DNA from: a virus
Taxonomy: Duplodnaviria > Caudoviricetes
IMG/VR virus record: IMGVR_UViG_3300020473_000037
Coordinates: 1 to 54,125 of that record
DNA length: 54,125 nucleotides
Direction: 5' to 3' (one strand)
The number at the start of each line of letters is the position of its first letter. Positions within the stretch are counted from its first letter, which is position 1. Positions 36,301-44,160 of this stretch are shown here, in pieces. Below the pieces are notes generated by a model. That model was not told the origin of the DNA and searched no databases. It was given only the letters and a program-made list of their open reading frames with translations. The position numbers and the translations under genes were made by a program.

Positions 36301-37380
36301 GTTGGAACCAATCAATTAGGTATTGGAACTAGAGGTGTAGAAGGTACTGTAGAAAGAACTCACGTTGCAAATGATGTTGCATATAAGTGGGAGTTGAATG
36401 GTGTTGGATTGAATAGAATTAATCAAACTCATACATTACCAGCTGCTTTAGGTAATTATAGAACTATTGATAAGTATCACGTACAAATTCCAAGAACTGA
36501 TTTACCTACGGGAGATACTCAGTTAAGCTTTAATAATGAAGCAAATCTTGGTGGAAATAATATATGGGCTTCTCAGAATTTCCAATACAATAAAATTATT
36601 CCACAGTTTAATTTATTAACTCCTAGTGATGAAACTACAATTAGTAGTCAATTAAGATCAGTTTCTGGTACAAGTGCTAGTGGAACTGAAATTTCATTCA
36701 TAGATAAAGGATATGAGAACATTACTCTAAATCAACCAAATAGGTTAACCACACCTAGAATAGTTTGTTCAGAGATTAATGAAACTACTCATTTAACTGC
36801 TTTACCTAAGAGTAGGTCAATGACTCTTGCAGTTCAATTTAATACTACTGATAGTAATCTATCTCCAGTATTAGATACAATGAATGGAGTTATTGTTTAT
36901 GAAAGAAGTAGACTTAATTCTCCAATCTCTGATTATGCTAAGAATGGTGAATCTGACAATCCTTCTGGAGATCCTCATGCAGCAGTTTATATTACAAAGA
37001 GAGTTGATCTAAAGAATCCTGCAACTTCCTTAAAGGTATTAGTTGCTGCTTATAGACATTCTTCTGCTGACTTTAGAGTACTTTATCAACTTATTAAAGA
37101 AGATACTTCAGATGCTGAATTGTCTTGGGATCTATTCCCTGGATATGATAACCTAAATGATTTTGGAACTACTGGTCAAAGAATTATTGATGTTGCTAAG
37201 AATACAGGTCGTGCTGATTACTTTGTTCCTGCAAGTAATGATAATCAATTCTTAGAGTATCAATTTAGTAGTGATGATCTTGTAGCGTTTACTGGATTTA
37301 GAATTAAGTTAGTTGCTAGTGGAACTAATGAAGCATATGCACCAAGATTCCAAGACTTTAGAGTTATTGCTTTAGCATAA
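30319..37380 (+). CDS. large virion structural protein (DUF4815/VrlC-like)
   Basis: NLNINPYYDDF, VQARELT, APGADR, RFKTGFFVDDF, DPLAQSF and LFKSQN motifs. Confidence 0.85.
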   Translation: MPQKTNLNINPYYDDFNKEDNFYKVLFKPGQPVQARELTTLQSQLQNQIESFGSHIFKEGSMVIPGNINYDGQYYSLKINNDHLGIPVSLYTDKLKGKRLKGEDTGIIVSVDDYKLAGDTSEITHLTLFVKYVESGEDNTISTLNDGENLLVEESFVYGNTPINAGDSVATLIDTDASSTGCAVGISSGVYFIRGTFVDVSTDKLVLDPYSNSPSYRVGLDIQEDIVTAKEDSKLYDNARGFSNFAAPGADRFKISTTLIKKSLSDQNDTSFVELVRLDDGEIKKLQNKSQYSIIKDYFAQRTFDESGSYSVEPFEVEIANSLNDGISNEGVFRSTEVTEQGNTPTDDLMAVKVSAGKAYVKGYDSEKIGTTVLDVEKPRDTQTVDSSLVSYEFGTKFRINHVLGVTPTAINTTQTIGLWNQRSASNTAGSGQQIGDAKVYACNLTDSQYKDHTTEFDLYLFDIQTWTIVTTNRNLSNIELPAGSFVRGISSGATGYAQYQGGGDYTQELTQVSGTFVKGEQIIINENPQYTASLIAVTVYGIQDIKSVYQDTSTLSGYSVDFVADTVLENWLPEQFNVVNNISITGAAATVPGKNWSGVKLGSVIKYTKPAATVPTFNRISAVAADLNSVTLASCPNIAGVCDGSLAPITGLEVSSFTLGATKVGLSNTKGLYAPLDRSDISDVSLTNSNLIVGSQITGETTNGSGVLSVNISATGISSAFFESYDAERYSVTYSNGTQGIINSSKFILGADGQSFTINDLLANQSNVVVNTTVKKQGIKSKKKDFVRSQRKDVLYTAVGVNTVGSGLPINGSYGIRIEDKEISLNVPDATNIVGVYESIDTAKPILDQLVFISGLNLNTASIVGERVSGATGGAVAQITARINATTIEIAYLTPMKFIIGELVTFSESNISSNLQNITVGSYLDITNRFTLDKGQREQYYDYSRAVRRENFPPPCKTLSIIFNSFVVPSGDTGDVYTVESYDDERFGSDVPHLADGLRTSDTLDFRPRVVPTSSTVVSPLYPASRDFGATGNVNASFIVTPNESSLVGYTYYLPRVDKVMLDTLGNISVVKGTSSPDPQEPANIENAMTLATITLPAYLYDPQDAEIKLVDNIRYTMRDIGDLEDRIENLEIVTSLSLLELDTKTFQVQDADGLSRFKTGFFVDDFKNNHLLDLSDPDCKCDINVTKKELNVPLDFYSLKPELALRPDINTATADFSTNLELLDSNVRKTGDLITLDYSEKGWIEQPLASRVENVNPFNMIEFTGTIDLSPSTDTWIRNIQVSGGTRRITGGFDGSYTETIKTSSAPDTHIRSRNVAFIARGLRPVARHYPFFDSTSGIDVVPKLVEVSMTNGTFVKGETVDVYASDGTQVAVMRLAQPDHKEGNITSPDVTYNANPYNTSVSLGTAYSASATVLNIDINSLTDEAQGSYWGYIPTGTGITVLGRSSGAQATISDVRLVCDTYGDLLGSYWFRDPLASPPPPLRWRTGTRTFKLTSSSSNATPLPGSLLISSGETTYTATGIVETFRNTLVIVRRPPPPPQTCDPLAQSFTTDETGAFVTAVDLYFGNKDENEKLTVQIRTVELGTPTTQVVQDYATITLDPSQINTSPNAEVATKVTFPSPVYLEPRTEYAIVILAPTTNNYESWIAQMGERTVNTQSLPNAESVMVTRQYVGGSLFKSQNGSIWTPSQFEDLKFKLYKAEFITDPGTVYFYNQNLGSGSHSIPRLDSNGIKTLPRKLRVKHTATTHAATLVNLGVGAKVSEGAAGGTGPTGIVERVGGPINTGTVTNPGTGYVNATYTNVPLYNITGNGTGGQATVVVSGGVVASISSFGAAGSGYIAGDVVGLTTASAGLSGIGAELTITSTASQDTMYLKDVHGEAFTAGQDLVYYSGASRVALGSTDVVSSALIDDLYTGDVLEINQYNHGMTADLNVVELSNIEPNTPPVLLTDNLDIGDQIISVASTAGFVDYDGQANIDKGYVKINSEIIYYESVGTNQLGIGTRGVEGTVERTHVANDVAYKWELNGVGLNRINQTHTLPAALGNYRTIDKYHVQIPRTDLPTGDTQLSFNNEANLGGNNIWASQNFQYNKIIPQFNLLTPSDETTISSQLRSVSGTSASGTEISFIDKGYENITLNQPNRLTTPRIVCSEINETTHLTALPKSRSMTLAVQFNTTDSNLSPVLDTMNGVIVYERSRLNSPISDYAKNGESDNPSGDPHAAVYITKRVDLKNPATSLKVLVAAYRHSSADFRVLYQLIKEDTSDAELSWDLFPGYDNLNDFGTTGQRIIDVAKNTGRADYFVPASNDNQFLEYQFSSDDLVAFTGFRIKLVASGTNEAYAPRFQDFRVIALA

Positions 37381-37580
37381 TGATAAGAGTTGAGGGTCAT
37401 AAGAATCTTTATAGAGATGAAGATTCTGGTGCTATTATAAATCATGATACGAATGGATATTCTGAATATATCAAGATGAGGGATCTGAAAAGATCCCAAA
37501 AAGATGAAATTGATAAATTAAAGAATGAGATTACAGAGATTAAGTCTTTACTTAAGGAGTTAGTTAATAATTCTAATTAG
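37380..37580 (+). CDS. conserved small coiled-coil protein
   Basis: VEGHKNLYRD..SGAIIN plus C-terminal heptads. Confidence 0.8.
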   Translation: MIRVEGHKNLYRDEDSGAIINHDTNGYSEYIKMRDLKRSQKDEIDKLKNEITEIKSLLKELVNNSN

Positions 37581-37587
37581 TGTTAGC

Positions 37588-37594
37588 CTAAATA
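37588..37594 (+). promoter_or_regulatory. late promoter variant
   Basis: CTAAATA upstream of 37624. Confidence 0.55.
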
Positions 37595-37623
37595 TACTTT
37601 AGATCCTGAAAATATTTTTATAA

Positions 37624-37962
37624 ATGGCAGTTTACGTAAGTAACCTAACCGTAAATACTGGAACAACTTTTTCCCAAATTTTTAATTTGGAAAGTACATC
37701 ATCCAATGCACCCACAGATTTGACTGGATATACCATTCAAGCTCAAATGAGAAAGCATCCTGATGCACCAACAAAGACTGATTTTGTATCTACTATTGTA
37801 TCTCCTTCATCAGGGAGAATTAGAGTAGGTTTAAGTACATCAGCTACTAGAGATCTTGCACCAGGTAGGTATATGTATGATGTATTAATTACAGATCCTG
37901 TAGGAGAAGTAACCAGAGTTGTAGAAGGATCAGTTATGGTTAGGCAAGGAGTGACCAAATAA
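37624..37962 (+). CDS. virion structural protein (Ig/BppU-like beta sandwich)
   Basis: DLTGYT..AQMRK and GRYMYDV...RVVEG motifs. Confidence 0.8.
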   Translation: MAVYVSNLTVNTGTTFSQIFNLESTSSNAPTDLTGYTIQAQMRKHPDAPTKTDFVSTIVSPSSGRIRVGLSTSATRDLAPGRYMYDVLITDPVGEVTRVVEGSVMVRQGVTK

Positions 37963-38189
37963 TGGCAGACATTAAAGTAAGAGTTGGACAACAGAACGCT
38001 ATTAAGGTTGCATCCTCATTGGCGGGAAATGTTAGCGGTACTTTATCTGGTCTGAATGATACAAATATTAGTAGCCCGCAAAATGGAATGGTGTTGGTTT
38101 ATAATGCTAGTACTCAGAAATGGGACGCTACATTAGACTTAACTCCAGGAGCAGCACAAAATTTGGACATCAACGGAGGTAGCTTCTAG
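37962..38189 (+). CDS. small virion/fibre-associated protein
   Basis: LSGLNDT..NGMVLVYN...KW and INGGSF end. Confidence 0.75.
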   Translation: MADIKVRVGQQNAIKVASSLAGNVSGTLSGLNDTNISSPQNGMVLVYNASTQKWDATLDLTPGAAQNLDINGGSF

Positions 38190-38191
38190 AA

Positions 38192-39799
38192 ATGGCAAGT
38201 ATTATACGAATAAAAAGATCGACTGGAACTACTGCCCCAGGTTCTCTAGCATTTGGTGAATTAGGTGCTACTCTAGACGGAAGTGGAACACAAGCAAATA
38301 AAGGTGATAGAGTCTTTATTGGTGATAATGGTGGAAATGTACAAGTAATTGGTGGTAGATATTATACAGACTTATTAAGTATTGCACCAGGTTTAGTTGC
38401 TGGTCAGGCAAACCCAACTGCAGCTGCAAGAGGTTTTGTTCCTATTCTTGACCAAAATCGTAAGGTAGATGAGTGGAATGTAGATAATTTAACATTAAAT
38501 GCTAATACTGTTTCAACTACTAATACTGATGGAGATCTTTATTTAAATACAGATGGTTCTGGTGAAGTTATTATTCCAGATGATAAGTTTTTAACATTTG
38601 GTGATAGTAAAGATGCAAAGATAGAATATGATGAAAATGGAACTGATCAAGTTACTGTTACAGGTGCTGATTGGAGATGGAATATTGCTACAGATTCAGC
38701 AACTAAAGATACAGGTGCTGCTATCTTTGAAGGTGGTGTAGGTATAGAAAAGAGTTTAAATGTTGGTGGTAACTTTACAGTTGCTGGTGTATCAACATTT
38801 ACTGGAATAACTACATTTACAGGTGATCTTTATGTTGGTGGAGATCTCCACGTTGGTGATGATATAGTATTTGATGAGATGACTGCCAGAAACATAAAAG
38901 TTACTGGTATATCTACTTTTGAAGGTAATATATTTCAAACAGGTGGAACATTTACTGCTTTAGATGCAAGATTGGGTGGTGTTGGAATTTCATCTAATAT
39001 AATTTCAACTAAGCAAGGTCATGGAACTACATTGTACATTGACCCATATCCAGATGGTTTAAGTAATGAAGGTACAGTAGTTGTTAAAGGTGACTTACAA
39101 GTAGATGGTACAACTACTACTGTTAATTCTAGTGTTGTATCAGTTAATGATCCTATTTTTGTTATTGGAGATGTAACCAGTAAGAGAACTGTAATGACTA
39201 CAGTTGGATCTGGAACAACTCTAGTTGTATTAGATTCTGTTGTTGGTATTAATACAGGTGATATAGTTACAGGAAGTTCAAGTATTCCAAATAATACTTC
39301 AGTTCATTCTTACATAACTCCCCATAGTGGTAGTGGTATTGGTACTATTTTCATTAGTAATAATACTACTGGTGGTATTGCAACAACAACTCAGTTAACA
39401 CTTACTGCTGCATACGATACTCAGACTGATCGTGGTATCGCTTTTGATTATAATACCAGTTCTGGTACTGGCAATAACAAGAAGGGATTCTTCGGATATT
39501 CTGATGCTGGTGGTGATGGTAGTAACGCACCTGAAAGAGCATTTACTTATGTTCCTGATGCGACTATAACTGGTAATGTAATCAGTGGTACAAGAGGTGC
39601 ATTAGACATCAAGGATATATACTTCCAGACTGGTGATTTTGATGCTACTGGTAATGGTATCGTTTATTTCGATACTACTGGTAAAATGGTAGGTGCAGCA
39701 GCAACAACTGCTGGTATAACTACTTCTAACTTTGTATTAACCACTGATGCTTCTGGTATACCAAAATGGACTAGCGTTCTTGATGGAGGAACCTTCTAA
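38192..39799 (+). CDS. tail fibre-like structural protein
   Basis: IIRIKRS...LAFGELG N-terminus, GGVGIEKSLNVGG, GDLQVDGTTTTVNS, LDGGTF end. Confidence 0.8.
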   Translation: MASIIRIKRSTGTTAPGSLAFGELGATLDGSGTQANKGDRVFIGDNGGNVQVIGGRYYTDLLSIAPGLVAGQANPTAAARGFVPILDQNRKVDEWNVDNLTLNANTVSTTNTDGDLYLNTDGSGEVIIPDDKFLTFGDSKDAKIEYDENGTDQVTVTGADWRWNIATDSATKDTGAAIFEGGVGIEKSLNVGGNFTVAGVSTFTGITTFTGDLYVGGDLHVGDDIVFDEMTARNIKVTGISTFEGNIFQTGGTFTALDARLGGVGISSNIISTKQGHGTTLYIDPYPDGLSNEGTVVVKGDLQVDGTTTTVNSSVVSVNDPIFVIGDVTSKRTVMTTVGSGTTLVVLDSVVGINTGDIVTGSSSIPNNTSVHSYITPHSGSGIGTIFISNNTTGGIATTTQLTLTAAYDTQTDRGIAFDYNTSSGTGNNKKGFFGYSDAGGDGSNAPERAFTYVPDATITGNVISGTRGALDIKDIYFQTGDFDATGNGIVYFDTTGKMVGAAATTAGITTSNFVLTTDASGIPKWTSVLDGGTF

Positions 39800-39804
39800 A
39801 CACT

Positions 39805-39981
39805 ATGATTGAACAAAATAATGAAGTTGATGTGAACACCTTGATTAAAATTTATAATCAAAAAATTGCTACATTGACAAACCAAAATATACTTTTGGAA
39901 GCAAAATTAAACACCATTAAACAGGATTATTTAAATCTTAAGGAATTACAAGAACAAAAAGATGGCGAAACCAGCAACTAA
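39805..39981 (+). CDS. small coiled-coil protein (58 aa)
   Basis: EVDVNTLIKIYNQKIATLTNQNILLEAKL. Confidence 0.7.
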   Translation: MIEQNNEVDVNTLIKIYNQKIATLTNQNILLEAKLNTIKQDYLNLKELQEQKDGETSN

Positions 39982-39996
39982 AATTGAGGTAGAACA

Positions 39997-40848
39997 ATGG
40001 TAGGACATGCTGTAGGTAGTAGAAGTTCATTTAGAGAATATTGTCTTAGAAGATTAGGTGCTCCTGTTCTTGAAATTAACGTTGATGATGAGCAAGTAGA
40101 AGATCTAATTGATGATGGTATTCAATTTTTTAATGAACGCCATTTTGATGGTGTTGAAAGAATGTATCTTAAATATGAGATAACACAAGCAGATATTGAT
40201 AGGGGAACTGGAAAAGATACTACTGGAGTTGGTATAGTAACTACTACGGCATCATCTACAAATGTAAGTGGTCTAGGAACAATAACTTCTAATTGGTATG
40301 AAACATCTAATTTCTTAGAAGTTCCAGATTCTGTTCTTGGAGTAGAAAAGATATTTAAATTTGATACTAGTACAATTTCTGGTGGGATGTTTAGTATTAA
40401 ATATCAGTTATTCTTGAATGATTTGTATAGATTCAATTCTGTTGAATTGCTACAATATGCAATGACGAAGAGTTATCTAGAAGATATAGATTTTTTACTT
40501 ACAACAGATAAGCAAATAAGATTTAATAAGAGACAAAATAGATTATATATGGATATTGATTGGGGTCAAGAATCTGTAGGTAATTGGTTAATTTTAGATT
40601 GTTATAGGGCATTAGATCCAGCAACCTATAATAATATATTTAATGATCTTTTCTTAAAACAATATGTAACTTCATTAATCAAAAAACAATGGGGTCAAAA
40701 TTTATTAAAATTTAGAGGAACAAAATTACCAGGTGGAATTGAACTTAATGGTAGAGAAATTTATGATGATGCTGTTAAGGAATTAGATGATATTAAATCA
40801 AGAATGGCACTCGAATATGAGTTACCACCTTATGACTTTATTGGTTAG
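39997..40848 (+). CDS. gp13: neck protein gp13
   Basis: YCLRRLGAPVLEINV and KQWGQNL.KF...LPGG motifs. Confidence 0.95.
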   Translation: MVGHAVGSRSSFREYCLRRLGAPVLEINVDDEQVEDLIDDGIQFFNERHFDGVERMYLKYEITQADIDRGTGKDTTGVGIVTTTASSTNVSGLGTITSNWYETSNFLEVPDSVLGVEKIFKFDTSTISGGMFSIKYQLFLNDLYRFNSVELLQYAMTKSYLEDIDFLLTTDKQIRFNKRQNRLYMDIDWGQESVGNWLILDCYRALDPATYNNIFNDLFLKQYVTSLIKKQWGQNLLKFRGTKLPGGIELNGREIYDDAVKELDDIKSRMALEYELPPYDFIG

Positions 40849-40856
40849 GGGGACTT

Positions 40857-42539
40857 ATGGCATTAAACCCGTTTTTTCTCCAAGGCTCTCAGAATGAGCA
40901 AAATCTTGTTCAAGATTTAATCAATGAGCAGCTAAAGATTTATGGAGTAGAAGTAACTTATATACCTAGAAAATACGTAAGAAAACAAACTGTTTTAAAA
41001 GAAGTTCAATCATCTGTTTTTGATGATAATTTTTTATTGGAAGCATATGTAGATACTTATGAGGGATATAGTGGTCAGGGTGATATAATGACTAAGTTTG
41101 GTGTTAGTTTAAAGGATGAATTAACAGTAACTATATCCAAAGAAAGATTTGAAGATTTTATATCTCCATTTTTGGATGCTATGGATAATGATGAGGTAGA
41201 GGTATCAACTAGACCTCGTGAAGGAGATTTAGTTTATTTTCCATTAGGACAGAGATTATTTGAAGTTAAGTTTGTAGAACATGAGAATCCTTTTTATCAA
41301 TTAGGAAAAAATTATGTTTATCAACTTAAATGTGAATTATTTGAATATGAGGATGAGGTTCTTGATACTGATATTGAGGCAATTGATACTCAACTAGAAG
41401 ATCTTGGATTTATTACTACACTTAATTTAATTGGTACTGGTGCTACTGCTACTGCTAATGCTACACTAACTCCTGCAAATAAAGGATATGTTAGGCAGAT
41501 ATTCTTAAATAATGACGGAAGTGGATATGCGGTTCCACCAACTGTTGCTATATCAACTGCTCCAGCAGGACTTGGAAATCAAAATGCTACTGCGGTTGCT
41601 ATTACTACTAGTAAAGCTGGTATATTCTCAATAGATCGTATTTCAATAATTAATCCTGGTGCTGGATATACTGAAGCACCAACTGTAACTATTACTGGAG
41701 GTGGTGGAATAGGTGCTGCTGCTACTGCATTTGTTGAAACTTCGGGAAGAGGTATTTTATCATTCACTATGACCAATAATGGTGTTGGTTATGCTAAGAC
41801 ACCAACTGTAACTGTTACTGGTATCGGTAGTGATGCATATATTGGAGTATCTTCTATTGCAGTTGTTGAACCTGTAATGAGTGTTAATAATACTATTAAT
41901 TCTATAAGATTTAGAAATGCTGGTGTAGGATATACACAACCGCCAACTGTTACTATTTCTAATCCTGCAATTTATACTGGTGTTGGAAACTTTGAATTCA
42001 ATGAAATTGTAGTAGGACAGACATCTAGAGCACAAGGAAGAGTTAAGGAATGGGATGCAGATACTAGAATTATTAAAATATCTAATGTTGGTATTGGATC
42101 TACAGTTCCATCTGGATTCATAACTGGTGAAATAATTGAAGCAACTGAATCTATTGTCTTTAATACAGTTGCAACTAAAGCAGTAACTGTTGGAATTTCT
42201 ACAACTATTATTACTGGAATTAATACAGCAGGTATTGTAGTTGGTCAACAACTAAATGAAAAATATGTTGGTATTGGAAATACTATTCCTGTTATTGGTT
42301 CAGCATCAACAGTTACTGCTGTTTATTCTGGATATATTACTATTAATCCTGCTTCTATTAATACAGTTATTTGTAGTAGTTGTCAACTTTCATTCGGTTC
42401 AACTGAATTCTCTAATTACTCAGTTAAGTCGTATGTTCATAAAGATACATATAGTGAATACGACAGTAATGACGAAATTGAAGATCTGGCAGACAGTTTC
42501 TTAGATTTCACTCAATCTAATCCATTCGGTCAGGTATAA
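40857..42539 (+). CDS. gp14: neck protein gp14 with beta-repeat insertions
   Basis: EQNLVQDLINE, RPREGDLVYFP, FYQLGK..Y.L.CELFEY and NPFG end. Confidence 0.93.
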   Translation: MALNPFFLQGSQNEQNLVQDLINEQLKIYGVEVTYIPRKYVRKQTVLKEVQSSVFDDNFLLEAYVDTYEGYSGQGDIMTKFGVSLKDELTVTISKERFEDFISPFLDAMDNDEVEVSTRPREGDLVYFPLGQRLFEVKFVEHENPFYQLGKNYVYQLKCELFEYEDEVLDTDIEAIDTQLEDLGFITTLNLIGTGATATANATLTPANKGYVRQIFLNNDGSGYAVPPTVAISTAPAGLGNQNATAVAITTSKAGIFSIDRISIINPGAGYTEAPTVTITGGGGIGAAATAFVETSGRGILSFTMTNNGVGYAKTPTVTVTGIGSDAYIGVSSIAVVEPVMSVNNTINSIRFRNAGVGYTQPPTVTISNPAIYTGVGNFEFNEIVVGQTSRAQGRVKEWDADTRIIKISNVGIGSTVPSGFITGEIIEATESIVFNTVATKAVTVGISTTIITGINTAGIVVGQQLNEKYVGIGNTIPVIGSASTVTAVYSGYITINPASINTVICSSCQLSFGSTEFSNYSVKSYVHKDTYSEYDSNDEIEDLADSFLDFTQSNPFGQV

Positions 42540-43588
42540 TGTTAGGAACTTATTTTTATCACGAAATTCTAAGAAGAACTGTTATCTCTTTCGGTACAGT
42601 TTTTAATGATATCCATATTCGCCATAAGAATTCATCTGGTGGTGATATTAGTGATATGAGAGTTCCATTGGCGTATGGACCAATGCAGAAATTCTTAGCA
42701 AGAATAGAACAACAACCAGAATTAAATAGAGCAACTCAAATTACATTACCTAGAATGTCGTTTGAAACAACTGATATTTCATATGATCCTACAAGAAAGG
42801 CAAGTATAACTCAAACATTTAAAGCTTCAGATGGAACTAATCTTAAGAAGGTTTATATGCCTGTTCCATATAATGTTGGGTTTGAGTTGAATATAATGGT
42901 TAAATTAAATGATGATGCATTACAGATTGTAGAGCAGATACTTCCATATTTTCAACCTTCCTTTAATTTAACTGTTGATTTAGTAGATTCAATTGGAGAG
43001 AAAAGAGATATTCCTGTAGTATTAGATAATATATCCTTTGAGGATGATTATGAAGGAGATTTTTCACAAAGAAGAGCATTAATATACACACTTAATTTTA
43101 CTGCTAAAACTTATCTATTCGGTCCTATTGCAGATACTACAGATGGACTTATTAAGAAAGTTCAGGTCGATTACTATAGTAGTATTGATAGAGAGACTGC
43201 AAGAAGACAGTTAAGATATACTGCTACACCTAAAGCACTTAAAGATTATAATGATGATAATACTACTGTATTGAAGGCAGATATAAGTAAGTCTAAGACT
43301 AGAATTGAAGTTGGTGATAGTGGTGCGTTAGTGGTTGGTGGTAGAATTATTATAGATACTGAGATAATGAAAGTTAAAGAAATCGTTGATGCCCAAACTA
43401 TTGTTGTTTATCGTGGATATGATAATACGGTAAAAGCAACTCATATAACAGGCACATCAATTGATGCATTAACTGCTGCTGATGATGTTCAGGTAGAACC
43501 AGATGATGATTTTGGATTTAACGGAGTTGTTGAAGACTTTACTGATGGTGGTACTTGGAGTCCCACAAGACAAACTGATTTAACTTAA
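42539..43588 (+). CDS. gp15: tail sheath stabilizer/terminator gp15
   Basis: YFYHEI, VPLAYGP, LPRMSFE and QIVEQILPYFQP motifs. Confidence 0.95.
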   Translation: MLGTYFYHEILRRTVISFGTVFNDIHIRHKNSSGGDISDMRVPLAYGPMQKFLARIEQQPELNRATQITLPRMSFETTDISYDPTRKASITQTFKASDGTNLKKVYMPVPYNVGFELNIMVKLNDDALQIVEQILPYFQPSFNLTVDLVDSIGEKRDIPVVLDNISFEDDYEGDFSQRRALIYTLNFTAKTYLFGPIADTTDGLIKKVQVDYYSSIDRETARRQLRYTATPKALKDYNDDNTTVLKADISKSKTRIEVGDSGALVVGGRIIIDTEIMKVKEIVDAQTIVVYRGYDNTVKATHITGTSIDALTAADDVQVEPDDDFGFNGVVEDFTDGGTWSPTRQTDLT

Positions 43589-43592
43589 GAAA

Positions 43593-44015
43593 ATGTCTAG
43601 TTATGATCCTATTGATAAGGCACTAAACACTCAAAGTAGTGAAATTGTCGGAGTTGGTGTAGATAAAACCAGCGTAGATTTATCCAATAAACCTGAAGAA
43701 ATTCAGAAAGATTATGAGTATACTCGTGCTAATTTATATTCTTTAATTGAAAAGGGTCAAGAATCTCTTAATGGTATATTAGAACTTGCTGGTGAAAGTG
43801 CAAGTCCAAGAGCATATGAAGTTGCGGGACAAATTATTAAGTCAGTTGCTGATACTACTGATAAGTTAATAGATTTACAGAAAAAGGTAAAAGAAGTAGA
43901 AGAAGATTCTCCTAAGAAGTCTACAGGAAATGTGACTAATAATGCATTATTCGTTGGTTCTACATCAGAACTATCCAAAATGCTTAAGGATGGAATTTTG
44001 AATAATGACAAATAA
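43593..44015 (+). CDS. gp16: terminase small subunit gp16
   Basis: DYEYTR, PRAYEV and NNALFVGSTSEL motifs. Confidence 0.95.
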   Translation: MSSYDPIDKALNTQSSEIVGVGVDKTSVDLSNKPEEIQKDYEYTRANLYSLIEKGQESLNGILELAGESASPRAYEVAGQIIKSVADTTDKLIDLQKKVKEVEEDSPKKSTGNVTNNALFVGSTSELSKMLKDGILNNDK

Positions 44016-44157
44016 CGAAGATAGTGTTAAAATAGAAGATGCTAATGGAAATCTTGCATTTGAGGTCATTGATGTGATTAAAGTACCAACAAGACTTTAT
44101 TCAGATGTAAGAAGAGATCCATTATCTGATTGGAGAAGTGAGATAGGTGAGGAGTAG
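44005..44157 (+). CDS. hypothetical protein (50 aa)
   Basis: VKIEDANG..FEVIDVIK ... SDWRSE; fills the gp16-gp17 gap. Confidence 0.6.
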   Translation: MTNNEDSVKIEDANGNLAFEVIDVIKVPTRLYSDVRRDPLSDWRSEIGEE

Positions 44158-44160
44158 ATT

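Noticed and set aside
30319-39981. Absence of recognisable gp9-gp12 and wac as an anomaly
   Set aside because: Replacement by large DUF4815-type and fibre-like genes is ordinary for T4-like cyanophages.
41760-42251. Minus-strand Cys/Asn-rich 163-aa ORF and other short antisense or alternate-frame ORFs inside gp7, gp8, gp14 and gp16-gp23
   Set aside because: They are shadows of strongly conserved + strand genes caused by codon bias.
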